Below are positions 27,075-35,280 of a stretch of DNA of 61,365 bases, one piece after another. The position numbers and the translations under genes are program-made. The notes beneath the pieces are model-generated. The model was not told the DNA's origin, made no database searches, and saw nothing but the letters and a program-made list of their open reading frames with translations. Positions within the stretch are counted from its first letter, which is position 1; the number at the start of each line of letters is the position of its first letter. This DNA comes from a virus (taxonomy: Duplodnaviria > Caudoviricetes): positions 1 to 61,365 of IMG/VR virus record IMGVR_UViG_3300008510_000002; one strand, given 5' to 3'.

Positions 27075-27615
27075 ATTGGGTCGGAGATCAACGTCAACGA
27101 CCTGCCGCTCTTTAACAACCTGCACCGGCGTCGGCGTTTACCAGTAAACGCTATTGGCCGGGGTTTTGCATGCTTACCTATAAGCATGCTGACAAGATCA
27201 CTGAACCAACGGACGGTCCCCCGTCCATGCAAAACGTACACAAACGCACAGCCCCATGCTGGAAGGCAGTTACAACTATGGTTGACTCTGCCCGGTAGGA
27301 CATAGGGTGTGCGACAGAAGACGGGCTCGTGTTCAGTCCCTCGACGTGATCGGCGGTAAGAGACCGTTGACGCGTAGGCCACAGGGGAAAGACCCTGTGC
27401 AGGTGCAGGTGCCAACCTGAATGGCACCGACTGACCCACGGCAGCAAACCGTGGACCCGCAGGGGGTGGAAACACTCGCCCCCTGCTCAAAGTGCTTCGC
27501 TCCGCTTCGCGGATTTCGTCCGCCCCCTGGACCCCTAGGCCCCCTGCCGGGCACCGGCTCGGGCTGAGCCCCACAAACACCGTGCAGAGCACTTTGAGCA
27601 GCATGTGCTGCGAGA
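27075..27615 (+). ncRNA. Large structured non-coding RNA or leader of unknown family
   Basis: No credible ORF; more than 12 stems visible, including long-range 27118-27126/27402-27410 and 27485-27496/27588-27599. Confidence 0.65.
27106..27118 (+). promoter_or_regulatory. boxA antitermination element
   Basis: CGCTCTTTAACAA matches rrn/lambdoid boxA consensus; preceded by a GGTCG/CGACC hairpin. Confidence 0.75.
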
Positions 27616-27629
27616 ACCGGAGAGTTCAC

Positions 27630-27794
27630 ATGAACGCACTGTATTACGCGATGCGCTTCCGTGCGCAGGGTGGCACCCTGGAGCGGGATCTCGAGGCCGA
27701 CATGCGTCGGCTGGCGAAAGAACAGCTTCGTGCTGATTGTGAGGACGAGGTGGTGCCGTACGAGCCCACCCCGCTGGATGAGTATGACTTCTGA
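27630..27794 (+). CDS. Small hypothetical protein with acidic tail
   Basis: 54 aa; GGAGAGTTCACATG start cassette. Confidence 0.75.
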   Translation: MNALYYAMRFRAQGGTLERDLEADMRRLAKEQLRADCEDEVVPYEPTPLDEYDF

Positions 27795-27807
27795 AGGGAG
27801 AGTTCAC

Positions 27808-28083
27808 ATGGAGTATCAACAAGCCAAGGCCCTCGCGTGGGCCCTCGCCGCGCCGTCGATGACGGCCACTACCATCCCCCGCTATGCGGGTGGGCGGTAC
27901 AACACCCTCGGCGCGTACAGCGCCGCTTTGGCGCAAGTGTGCGCCGAGCACGGGGTCGAGTACGGGCCCGGGCAACCGACCGGAGACACGACGGACTACG
28001 TCCGTCAGCCGGTGTGCTGGTTCTTCGAGGACCAGACCGTGCCGGTGAGCATGGGCCATGGGGCCCTGATCATGCCGGCGTGA
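27808..28083 (+). CDS. Hypothetical protein
   Basis: 91 aa; same GGAGAGTTCACATG start cassette. Confidence 0.75.
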   Translation: MEYQQAKALAWALAAPSMTATTIPRYAGGRYNTLGAYSAALAQVCAEHGVEYGPGQPTGDTTDYVRQPVCWFFEDQTVPVSMGHGALIMPA

Positions 28084-28109
28084 GCATGTGAGTTAACTAG
28101 GAGAAAGAC

Positions 28110-28397
28110 ATGATCTATGTAGGTAACGCGTTCTCCCTGGGCATGGTGCCCAGGGACTTGCTGGGGCGGGTTCGTCTGACCCCGTGCGAGGCCCCCGCTA
28201 CGGCGGGGATGACTTCCTGTGTCGGCCATGCCGACACGGCGGCGGTGCTGGGCGTGCCGATGGCACGCATCAGTGTCGTGCTCAACGAGGGCGACGTGCT
28301 GTACGTCGCCCAGCTTCGCGGGGGTCGCCTTCCTGAAGGCACCACCACCCTGCCCGAGGGGTTCGGGTTCGATTGGGTCCGTGTGGAGGTAGTATGA
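28110..28397 (+). CDS. acrIII-1: AcrIII-1 / DUF1874 (STIV B116-like) viral ring nuclease
   Basis: NAFSLGM, VGHADTA, R-I-x-V-x-L-x-x-GD and RLPEG motifs in family order; AGGAG RBS. Confidence 0.82.
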   Translation: MIYVGNAFSLGMVPRDLLGRVRLTPCEAPATAGMTSCVGHADTAAVLGVPMARISVVLNEGDVLYVAQLRGGRLPEGTTTLPEGFGFDWVRVEVV

Positions 28398-28711
28398 ACA
28401 TCACCACCAACCGCATCCCCCGCCCCCTCCAGTGCCTGTCGGATCTCCCCAAGGGTGCCGCAAGGGGCTTCGACTACCTCGGCGAAGCCGAGGCCTACGA
28501 GGCACGCCTCGTGCAGTACAAGGGCGTCTGGTATGACGTGTATGACAGCATGCGCTGCCCCGGTGCCGAAGCGCCCGAGGCGACGCGCAACGCCTTCTCC
28601 GGCTGGGACGGCTACATCAGCGACAGTTTTTTCTCCGGCGTCCTGTTCCGCTTCGCGGGGGAGTCCGCCGCAGGCGGCGACCACGTCGTGGTGGGGCGTT
28701 ACTACTGCTGA
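28394..28711 (+). CDS. Hypothetical phage protein
   Basis: GGAGG RBS; ATGA overlap; WDGYISDSFFSG. Confidence 0.78.
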   Translation: MNITTNRIPRPLQCLSDLPKGAARGFDYLGEAEAYEARLVQYKGVWYDVYDSMRCPGAEAPEATRNAFSGWDGYISDSFFSGVLFRFAGESAAGGDHVVVGRYYC

Positions 28712-28730
28712 CCCAACAGAAAGTGTGATT

Positions 28731-29105
28731 ATGGGAGCTTTTGACGGACTACGCATCCCATACGCTCGCCCGTGGCCCCATCGTGAGGAGCCGTGCGGTA
28801 TCGAAAGCGGTAGTAGCGTTGCGTGGCGCGAACCGGAACCAGCGTATCTGTATCCGTGGGGGCGTAAAGAACGTAACCCCTTTTTCATTGGCCCGTATCC
28901 GAAGGAGAACCTCGTGAACAACTTGAGACAGTACGAAAAAGACGAGAGCAAGAATCTGCGCCGCATCATTGACGAGATGAATAACCTACATGCGCGTATG
29001 GGAGGTCGCGACAATCGCCCGGAGCGTATAGCGCTGACGCGTGCGATGAGTATCCTGCAAAAAGAGATTGACCGCTCCCTGGCGTGTGACGAAAGGCAAT
29101 CATGA
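28731..29105 (+). CDS. Hypothetical protein
   Basis: 124 aa; lower GC; overlaps next gene. Confidence 0.6.
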   Translation: MGAFDGLRIPYARPWPHREEPCGIESGSSVAWREPEPAYLYPWGRKERNPFFIGPYPKENLVNNLRQYEKDESKNLRRIIDEMNNLHARMGGRDNRPERIALTRAMSILQKEIDRSLACDERQS

Positions 29106-29326
29106 AAACCCACCCAAGAATCTCCGTCGCCGCATCAGCGGTGTGTGATTACATCGCCAACGGCGGATGGATCGGGGCATCCATGCCCTGGTACATCAAG
29201 GAGTGCCGACGCCTTCGTCCGGGCGAGTACCGCGCCGCGTGGAAGATCGCCAATGCCCGCTTCGGCGGGTACCTGGATGCGCTGAACAAGCGCAACTTCG
29301 CCAACGACAACGGCGAGACGTTCTAA
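29102..29326 (+). CDS. Hypothetical protein
   Basis: 74 aa; GAAAGG RBS. Confidence 0.7.
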   Translation: MKTHPRISVAASAVCDYIANGGWIGASMPWYIKECRRLRPGEYRAAWKIANARFGGYLDALNKRNFANDNGETF

Positions 29327-29385
29327 CCCAACCCGCCCCGCACGGGGCATAACCGGCACCACAGGTGCCTGAAAGGCGACAGACC

Positions 29386-29661
29386 ATGACCCGACAATCC
29401 ACAGCGGAAGCCTTCGTCCAAGGCGTACCGGGCGCGTGCCACAACGCGCACACCGATGGGCAGACGTACTACCTTCACGGGCATCCAATTGCAGTCCGGG
29501 AGGGTAAGAGCGTGGTGTTCTATTGGCACGGGTTCTATACCCGCACGACTGCCGCACACATGAACAAGGTGCTGAAGGCCCTCGGTGTGCGGTTCGCACA
29601 CATGTCCTGCGCCGCTGCCCGCGACGCCAAGGCGACGCACTGGGTGCTGGAACACATCTGA
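29386..29661 (+). CDS. Hypothetical phage protein
   Basis: LHGHPIA...TRTT..HMN; GAAAGGCGACAGACC start cassette. Confidence 0.75.
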   Translation: MTRQSTAEAFVQGVPGACHNAHTDGQTYYLHGHPIAVREGKSVVFYWHGFYTRTTAAHMNKVLKALGVRFAHMSCAAARDAKATHWVLEHI

Positions 29662-29684
29662 CCCCAACCCACGAAAGGAACACC

Positions 29685-29888
29685 GTGAACTGCCCCCGCT
29701 GCCAAGACCCCATCGACCCGCGCCGAGTCGCCCTTGGGCGCAGGCTGTGCCTGCCTTGTGGAGAGGAAGCCGCCCGCGAGGAGCGCACCGCCTGGACCAT
29801 CGTCCCGATGCACAAATCCAATTACGTCCTGCTCACTGACCGGCGTGACCTGCCGGGGATTGGGAACAAGGGCGGACTTTACCGTTAA
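29685..29888 (+). CDS. DksA/TraR-type C4 zinc-finger protein
   Basis: GTG start; CPRCQDPIDPRRVALG..LCLPC matches CxxC-x-x-x-I-x-x-x-R...CxxC spacing. Confidence 0.65.
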   Translation: MNCPRCQDPIDPRRVALGRRLCLPCGEEAAREERTAWTIVPMHKSNYVLLTDRRDLPGIGNKGGLYR

Positions 29889-29949
29889 ACACGTTTAACC
29901 GGGCTACGGCCCACCAACGGGCTACGGCCCACATGAAAGGCGACAGACC

Positions 29950-30552
29950 ATGAAATTCAACGAACTCTCCGACGACGCTAAGGACAAGGCCCGTGAATGG
30001 TGGCGTACTGACCTGCCGTTCGATACGGAGTACATCATCGACGACGCGGCGGACATCGCCGCCCTGTTCGGGCTGGACATAAGGCAGACGCCCAAGCACA
30101 ACACTGCCGGAGGTATCAACTGGGTGCCTACCGTCTACTGGTCAGGCTTCTGGAACCAGGGCGACGGTGCATCGTTCGATGGCAAATACAAGTACAAGGC
30201 CGGGGGGTTGAAGGCTGTCAAAGCCCACGCCCCGAAGGACGAGACACTGCACCGCATCGTGCAGCGGCTACAGGACGTTCAGCGTCGGTACTCCTACAAC
30301 CTCAGAGCCGATGTCAAACAGAACGGCAGGTACTGCCACGAGATGACGATGGGGATAGACGTTACACACTACCGTGACCGTGAGGTGGAGCGCGATGACG
30401 AGGAGGAAATCATTGACTGCCTGCGTGACTTCGCCCGGTGGATCTACCGCCAGCTTGAAGCTGAGTGGGAGTACCAGAACAGCGACGAGGCGGTGGACGA
30501 AGCGCTCATCGCCAACGAGTACGAGTTCGACGAAGACGGTAAGCGGATCTAA
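29950..30552 (+). CDS. Acidic conserved phage/mobile-element protein
   Basis: FNELSDDAKDKAREW, SGFWNQGDGA, IYRQLEAEWEY..SDE, NEYEFDEDG. Confidence 0.8.
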   Translation: MKFNELSDDAKDKAREWWRTDLPFDTEYIIDDAADIAALFGLDIRQTPKHNTAGGINWVPTVYWSGFWNQGDGASFDGKYKYKAGGLKAVKAHAPKDETLHRIVQRLQDVQRRYSYNLRADVKQNGRYCHEMTMGIDVTHYRDREVERDDEEEIIDCLRDFARWIYRQLEAEWEYQNSDEAVDEALIANEYEFDEDGKRI

Positions 30553-30590
30553 CCACAACCACGCCCCCTGCCGGGGCCTGAAAGGACGGT

Positions 30591-30788
30591 ATGAAAGTCG
30601 GAGATCACTACCCAACGTGGTTTAGTGGTAAAGACAACGGGTACTCAACGGTACTGGCGGTCTTGCCCTACACCGGGCGCTACCCACAATGGTTCAACTG
30701 CGTTCTTCGTCTAACCGCACCTAACACAGGGCGCGGATGGTTAGAAATGGCTGTCCAACTGGAGCCCACAACCCGGAGCCAACCATGA
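30591..30788 (+). CDS. Hypothetical protein
   Basis: 65 aa; GAAAGGA RBS. Confidence 0.7.
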   Translation: MKVGDHYPTWFSGKDNGYSTVLAVLPYTGRYPQWFNCVLRLTAPNTGRGWLEMAVQLEPTTRSQP

Positions 30789-30940
30789 AACTCGAAGCTA
30801 CCCACCTTCGTGGGAACCTATGGGCTGTCAAGCCAGAGAATCAACTGGGCACCTGCGGGTGGTACCCCCGCCCATGGACGGTGCAGTACATCAGAGCACA
30901 TTCCGCCGAAGAGGCGGTGAGAAAGGCGAAGCAACCATGA
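30785..30940 (+). CDS. Hypothetical protein
   Basis: 51 aa; ATGA overlaps at both ends. Confidence 0.65.
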   Translation: MKLEATHLRGNLWAVKPENQLGTCGWYPRPWTVQYIRAHSAEEAVRKAKQP

Positions 30941-31173
30941 AACTCAACATCGAAGTCACCGACACATTCGGACACGAGCCCAACTACGCATGGGTGCGCA
31001 GAGCCACGCTGGAAGTCCCCGACCTGCTGAGCAGGTATGCCCGCGTCCGCAGAGCCAAGGCCGCTGTCGGCTGGACAGGCAAGCGCTGCGTCACCGTGGA
31101 CTACGGTGACATGATCGAACTCCGCCCGCACGGGGAATGCCTCGTGTGTTTTATTACCTTCGAGCATCCCTGA
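30937..31173 (+). CDS. Hypothetical phage protein
   Basis: EVTDTFGHEPNYAWVRR; ATGA overlap. Confidence 0.72.
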   Translation: MKLNIEVTDTFGHEPNYAWVRRATLEVPDLLSRYARVRRAKAAVGWTGKRCVTVDYGDMIELRPHGECLVCFITFEHP

Positions 31174-31233
31174 CCCCGGGCCACGGTGCCCACAACCCCC
31201 AGGGCCACCGGCCCCAACCCGAAAGAGGATCAC

Positions 31234-32181
31234 ATGAACATCTCGAACACAGTTGGTATTGCCTCCGCTGCCATGATCGGAAGCCTGAACATATCTGTGT
31301 GGGAAGCACGGAAGCTTGATCGCAATACTCAGGCGGAAGTGTTGGCAACCAAGGGTGCCAAGTCCCGCCGTGCGGCAACGGTCAGCAAGCACTTGTTCTC
31401 GGAGTGCCCCGCACTGGAAGCCATCAAGACCTTGCGCGGGGAGGCCCGCGTCTGGTTCAACAACGCTACCCTGCCCTGGGACGACAACGGCGGCAGGCTG
31501 ATCACCACGGCGCAGTACGTGCGGGTGATGGACCAAGCGACCCGCTATGAACAACGCTTCTCCTCCCTGGTGGAGACGTTTTTGTCGGTCTACCAAACCG
31601 AGATCAGCAAGCAGGCCTTCGAGATGGGCTCCCTGTTCGACCGCTCCGAGTACCCTCCGCCGAACGAAGTCCGGGGCAAGTTCCGCTTCGGGCTGTCCGT
31701 CAGCCCGGTGCCTCTGGCCGGGGACTTCCGTGTGGACATCGGCAACGAAGCTGCCGCCCAACTCAAGGCGCAGTACGAGAAGGCCATGGAGCAGCGCGTG
31801 GCCGGTGCCGTGTCCGACACATGGCAGCGCATCAAGCAGCAGGTCGAGTGGGTGCACGAGCGGATGACCGCCGTGCTGGAGCATGACCCGGACGCGGTTG
31901 AACAACTTCCCACCGTCGATGAGAACGGGGTTGTCGTTCGAGTGGACATCAAGAAGAAGCGTCGCCCCAAGCTGTACGACTCGATGCTGGAGCAGGGGCT
32001 CGAACTGTGCGAACTCCTGAAGGACCTCAACGTCACCAACGATCCACGACTCGAAGCCGCACGGCAGGACCTCGAAGCTGCCCTCACCCGGGTGGACCTG
32101 GACTCACTCAAGGAGAGCACCGAACTCCAACGTGCGACCAAGTCCGCCATGCAGGACATTCTCGACAAGTTCGCCCTCTGA
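31234..32181 (+). CDS. DUF3150-like helical protein
   Basis: 315 aa; TLPWDDNGGRLI, EYP....RGKF, LNVTNDPRL; upstream of the AAA/vWA pair. Confidence 0.6.
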   Translation: MNISNTVGIASAAMIGSLNISVWEARKLDRNTQAEVLATKGAKSRRAATVSKHLFSECPALEAIKTLRGEARVWFNNATLPWDDNGGRLITTAQYVRVMDQATRYEQRFSSLVETFLSVYQTEISKQAFEMGSLFDRSEYPPPNEVRGKFRFGLSVSPVPLAGDFRVDIGNEAAAQLKAQYEKAMEQRVAGAVSDTWQRIKQQVEWVHERMTAVLEHDPDAVEQLPTVDENGVVVRVDIKKKRRPKLYDSMLEQGLELCELLKDLNVTNDPRLEAARQDLEAALTRVDLDSLKESTELQRATKSAMQDILDKFAL

Positions 32182-32239
32182 TTTACTGTTAAACGTGTTT
32201 AACCCAGCCCCCTACGGGGGGCATCTCTAGGAGCACACC

Positions 32240-32437
32240 ATGCCCTTACGACAAGACGAAAGTATCCCCGTGTGGATCCTGTACCACAGATCAGACTACG
32301 GTCTGGAGATGGAAGGTATATTCACGCACAAGGTGCAGGCCGAGGCTGCACTGCGTGAGTACAAAAAAGAAGTGCGCGATCCGAGTAGGTGGTATCTACA
32401 AGAGAAGTACACTTTCGCTCACGACAACAACTGCTAA
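32240..32437 (+). CDS. Hypothetical protein
   Basis: 65 aa; CTAGGAG RBS; lower GC. Confidence 0.7.
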   Translation: MPLRQDESIPVWILYHRSDYGLEMEGIFTHKVQAEAALREYKKEVRDPSRWYLQEKYTFAHDNNC

Positions 32438-32462
32438 CCCACAGCCCAACTAGGAGAAAGAC

Positions 32463-33515
32463 ATGATCAAGCTCAGCATCAACCAGTGCGCCAACATCAT
32501 CGGCGCGGTCGGCTCCCATACCTCGGTCCTCGTCGAGGGCCCCTCGGGTTCCGGCAAGTCCTCCATGCTCAAGCCCCTGGGCGAGCGCTTCCCCGAGCAC
32601 CGCCCGGTCTACATCGACTGCACCCAGATCGACGTAGGTGACATCCAACTCCCCGCCGTGGACCATGCCACGGGGACCAGCACCTTCTACCCCAACGCCG
32701 TGTTCGGGGTCCACAACGATCAGCCGGTGATCCTGTGCCTGGACGAGTTCGGCAAGGCCCCGAGGTCGGTGCAGAACGCACTGCTGCCGGTCATCCTGGA
32801 TCGTCGTGTCGGGCATCGCCCGCTGCCTGCTGGCAGCATCGTCTTCGGGACAACCAACCTCAGCGCCGAGGGTGTGGGCGACAGCCTGCAGATGCACGTA
32901 CGGAATCGTATGTCGGTAGTCACCATGCGCAAGCCCACCGCCGAGGAGTGGGTGCAGTGGGGCATCGAGAACGGTGTGCACCACGCCGTGCTGGCCTGGG
33001 TATCGGAGACGCCCGCTGTGCTGGCTGACGACGACACGGTGGACAACCCCGACCAGAACCCGCACATCTGGCACCGCAAGGAACCCGGGCGCAAGGCGTT
33101 CTGCACCCCCCGCAGTCTCGCCGCTGCGGGCCGTGTGCTCAGTGCAGAGATGCAGGATGACGACGCCGTGCGGGCTACGCTGGCTGGGCTGATCGGTCCT
33201 CGGTCGGCGGCTGACCTCCAAGTCTGGGTGAACCTGGGCAACAAGCTGCCTGCGTGGCAGGCCATCGTGAACAACCCGGGCGCGGCGCCGCTGCCTGACA
33301 ACCCTGCGGCCATGATGATGGTGGTGCACCGTGCGATCACGCGGACCACGGCGGACATCCTCGACCCCGTGCTGGTCTACATCAAGCGCCTGCCCATGGA
33401 GCTTCAAGCGGTGTTCGTCAATCAGCTTTTGCGCATCAAGAGCAAGAGCACGTTCGCTGCGTTGAACGATGGCTTCACGCGGTGGGTTATCGACAATAAC
33501 TGGATATTCAGGTAA
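32463..33515 (+). CDS. MoxR/dynein-related AAA+ ATPase
   Basis: Walker A GPSGSGKS, Walker B LCLDEF, VQNALL, TTN, NRM, TPRS. Confidence 0.88.
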   Translation: MIKLSINQCANIIGAVGSHTSVLVEGPSGSGKSSMLKPLGERFPEHRPVYIDCTQIDVGDIQLPAVDHATGTSTFYPNAVFGVHNDQPVILCLDEFGKAPRSVQNALLPVILDRRVGHRPLPAGSIVFGTTNLSAEGVGDSLQMHVRNRMSVVTMRKPTAEEWVQWGIENGVHHAVLAWVSETPAVLADDDTVDNPDQNPHIWHRKEPGRKAFCTPRSLAAAGRVLSAEMQDDDAVRATLAGLIGPRSAADLQVWVNLGNKLPAWQAIVNNPGAAPLPDNPAAMMMVVHRAITRTTADILDPVLVYIKRLPMELQAVFVNQLLRIKSKSTFAALNDGFTRWVIDNNWIFR

Positions 33516-33584
33516 CCTGAAGCCCCGCTTCGGCGGGGCTGAACTCTCTAACCCCAAGGGCTTCGGCCCTACGAAAGGCAGGGT

Positions 33585-34781
33585 ATGAACATAACCGCTG
33601 AACAACGCATCACGAAGGCGCGTAGCGCCATCATGCGCAACGAATCCTTCACTGCGATCAGCCCGATCCTGATGATCGGTTCATGGTCTGTGGTGGACGA
33701 TATGCCAACGGCAGCAACCAACGGCAGGGATGTCCTGTACGGTCGCAAGTTCGTGGACGAGTGCGACGACAAGCTGCTACGCTTCGTGGTCCTGCACGAG
33801 TACTACCATGTGATGTTGCAGCACATGACGACCTGGGCAAAGATCACGAAGGAGGATTCCCAACTGAGCAACATCGCTCAGGACATGGTGATCAACCTCA
33901 TGCTGAAGGACGCCGACCCGACCGGGCAGTTCCTGACGGTGTGGGAGCATGCGTACTGCGATCCGCAGTACAAGGGCATGGACACTGGCGAGGTGTACAG
34001 GAGACTGAAGTCTCAGGCCCAATCCCAACCCCAGGGGCAGCAGTTCGACGAACACCGACCGGGGGGAGACGGCGAAGCCGGGGAAGGCGAAGCCGGGGAC
34101 GGCGAAGCCGAGGGCGGCATGAAGCCGCTGAGCGCAGCCGAGGCCGAGGCGGTGACCAAAGCTGTGGACACAGCCCTGCGTCAGGGCGCGTTGATCGCTG
34201 GCAAGCTGGGCCATGGCATGGCCCGTGACGTTGAGGCGCTGCTGGAGCCCGTGGTGCCCTGGCAGGATGTCCTGCGTGACTGGTTGAAGACGACCGCCAA
34301 GGGTGAGGACCTGAGCACATGGCGCCGCCCCGCACGGCGCTGGCTCGGGCAAGACCTCTACCTTCCCAGCAGGTACACCGAGAGCGTGGAGCGCATCGTC
34401 ATTGGCATCGACACCTCAGGGTCCATCGGAGAGGATGCCCTGCGTCGAGCGCTCAGTGAGGTGGCTGGGGCCTGTGAGTCGGTGTCGCCGCAGATGGTGG
34501 ACGTGATCTACTGGGACGCAGAGGTGGCAGCACACGAGGTGTACGAAGGTGAGCGGGTCAAGGACATCGCCAACGTGACCAAGCCCAAGGGCGGGGGAGG
34601 CACCGACGCCCGTGCGATGTTCGACTTCATGGACAAGCGCGGCATCAAGGCAGATGCTGTGATCATGTTCACCGATGGGTTCACGCCCTGGCCCCGGACG
34701 CTGCCGTGCCCCGTGCTGTGGTGCATCAGCACCAAAGGCCTGCGTGCACCTGTGGGGGAGACGCTGTATGTCCCAACCTGA
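33585..34781 (+). CDS. Metallopeptidase-like plus vWA domain protein (DUF2201-type)
   Basis: TAATNG, HEYYH (HExxH), MIDAS DTSGS, GGGGTD, FTDG. Confidence 0.88.
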   Translation: MNITAEQRITKARSAIMRNESFTAISPILMIGSWSVVDDMPTAATNGRDVLYGRKFVDECDDKLLRFVVLHEYYHVMLQHMTTWAKITKEDSQLSNIAQDMVINLMLKDADPTGQFLTVWEHAYCDPQYKGMDTGEVYRRLKSQAQSQPQGQQFDEHRPGGDGEAGEGEAGDGEAEGGMKPLSAAEAEAVTKAVDTALRQGALIAGKLGHGMARDVEALLEPVVPWQDVLRDWLKTTAKGEDLSTWRRPARRWLGQDLYLPSRYTESVERIVIGIDTSGSIGEDALRRALSEVAGACESVSPQMVDVIYWDAEVAAHEVYEGERVKDIANVTKPKGGGGTDARAMFDFMDKRGIKADAVIMFTDGFTPWPRTLPCPVLWCISTKGLRAPVGETLYVPT

Positions 34782-35043
34782 TACCCCCCTCCCTCAGCCT
34801 CTCGGCCCGGGGCGCGAATGGGTCACTGTGTACCATGCGGTTCATGGAATGGGCTTTGCCCTGCGCGATAAAGATGATGCGATTATCTGCACCCTGCTTC
34901 ACTGGTACAAGACGACCGGGCTGTGGTCCGTTTGGATAAACGACAGGCCCGCATGGATAACCGGACGCACCATCATCGACCTCGGCCCCCATGACAACCC
35001 ACCCTTTGAACTTGCGGAGGCGGTAGCAGATGCAGCCCAATGA
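34768..35043 (+). CDS. Hypothetical protein (PPFELAEA family copy 1)
   Basis: GGGGAG RBS; ends PPFELAEAVADAAQ. Confidence 0.7.
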   Translation: MSQPDTPLPQPLGPGREWVTVYHAVHGMGFALRDKDDAIICTLLHWYKTTGLWSVWINDRPAWITGRTIIDLGPHDNPPFELAEAVADAAQ

Positions 35044-35272
35044 CTCTCCCCCACTGCGCCCTGGGTGGAATCCATCCTCAGGCGGTTATTACCACTGGTG
35101 CGCCGACTCAGAGGAGGATGACTCCCCCGACGCTTATATCGAAAGATCAGGTGAAGAGTGGGAGATAGAGTATTGGGTGAAAGGATCTGCGAATTGGATT
35201 CGGGTGCGTGTCCCCCTCACCCCCGACCCACCCTTTGAACTTGCGGAGGCGCTTTATTATGCGGCGCAGTGA
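35030..35272 (+). CDS. Hypothetical protein (PPFELAEA family copy 2)
   Basis: GGAGG RBS; ends PPFELAEALYYAAQ. Confidence 0.7.
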   Translation: MQPNDSPPLRPGWNPSSGGYYHWCADSEEDDSPDAYIERSGEEWEIEYWVKGSANWIRVRVPLTPDPPFELAEALYYAAQ

Positions 35273-35280
35273 GCCGCTCA

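Noticed and set aside
27057-27305. 82-aa ORF in the ncRNA region
   Set aside because: Starts inside the promoter, has no RBS and has atypical codon usage
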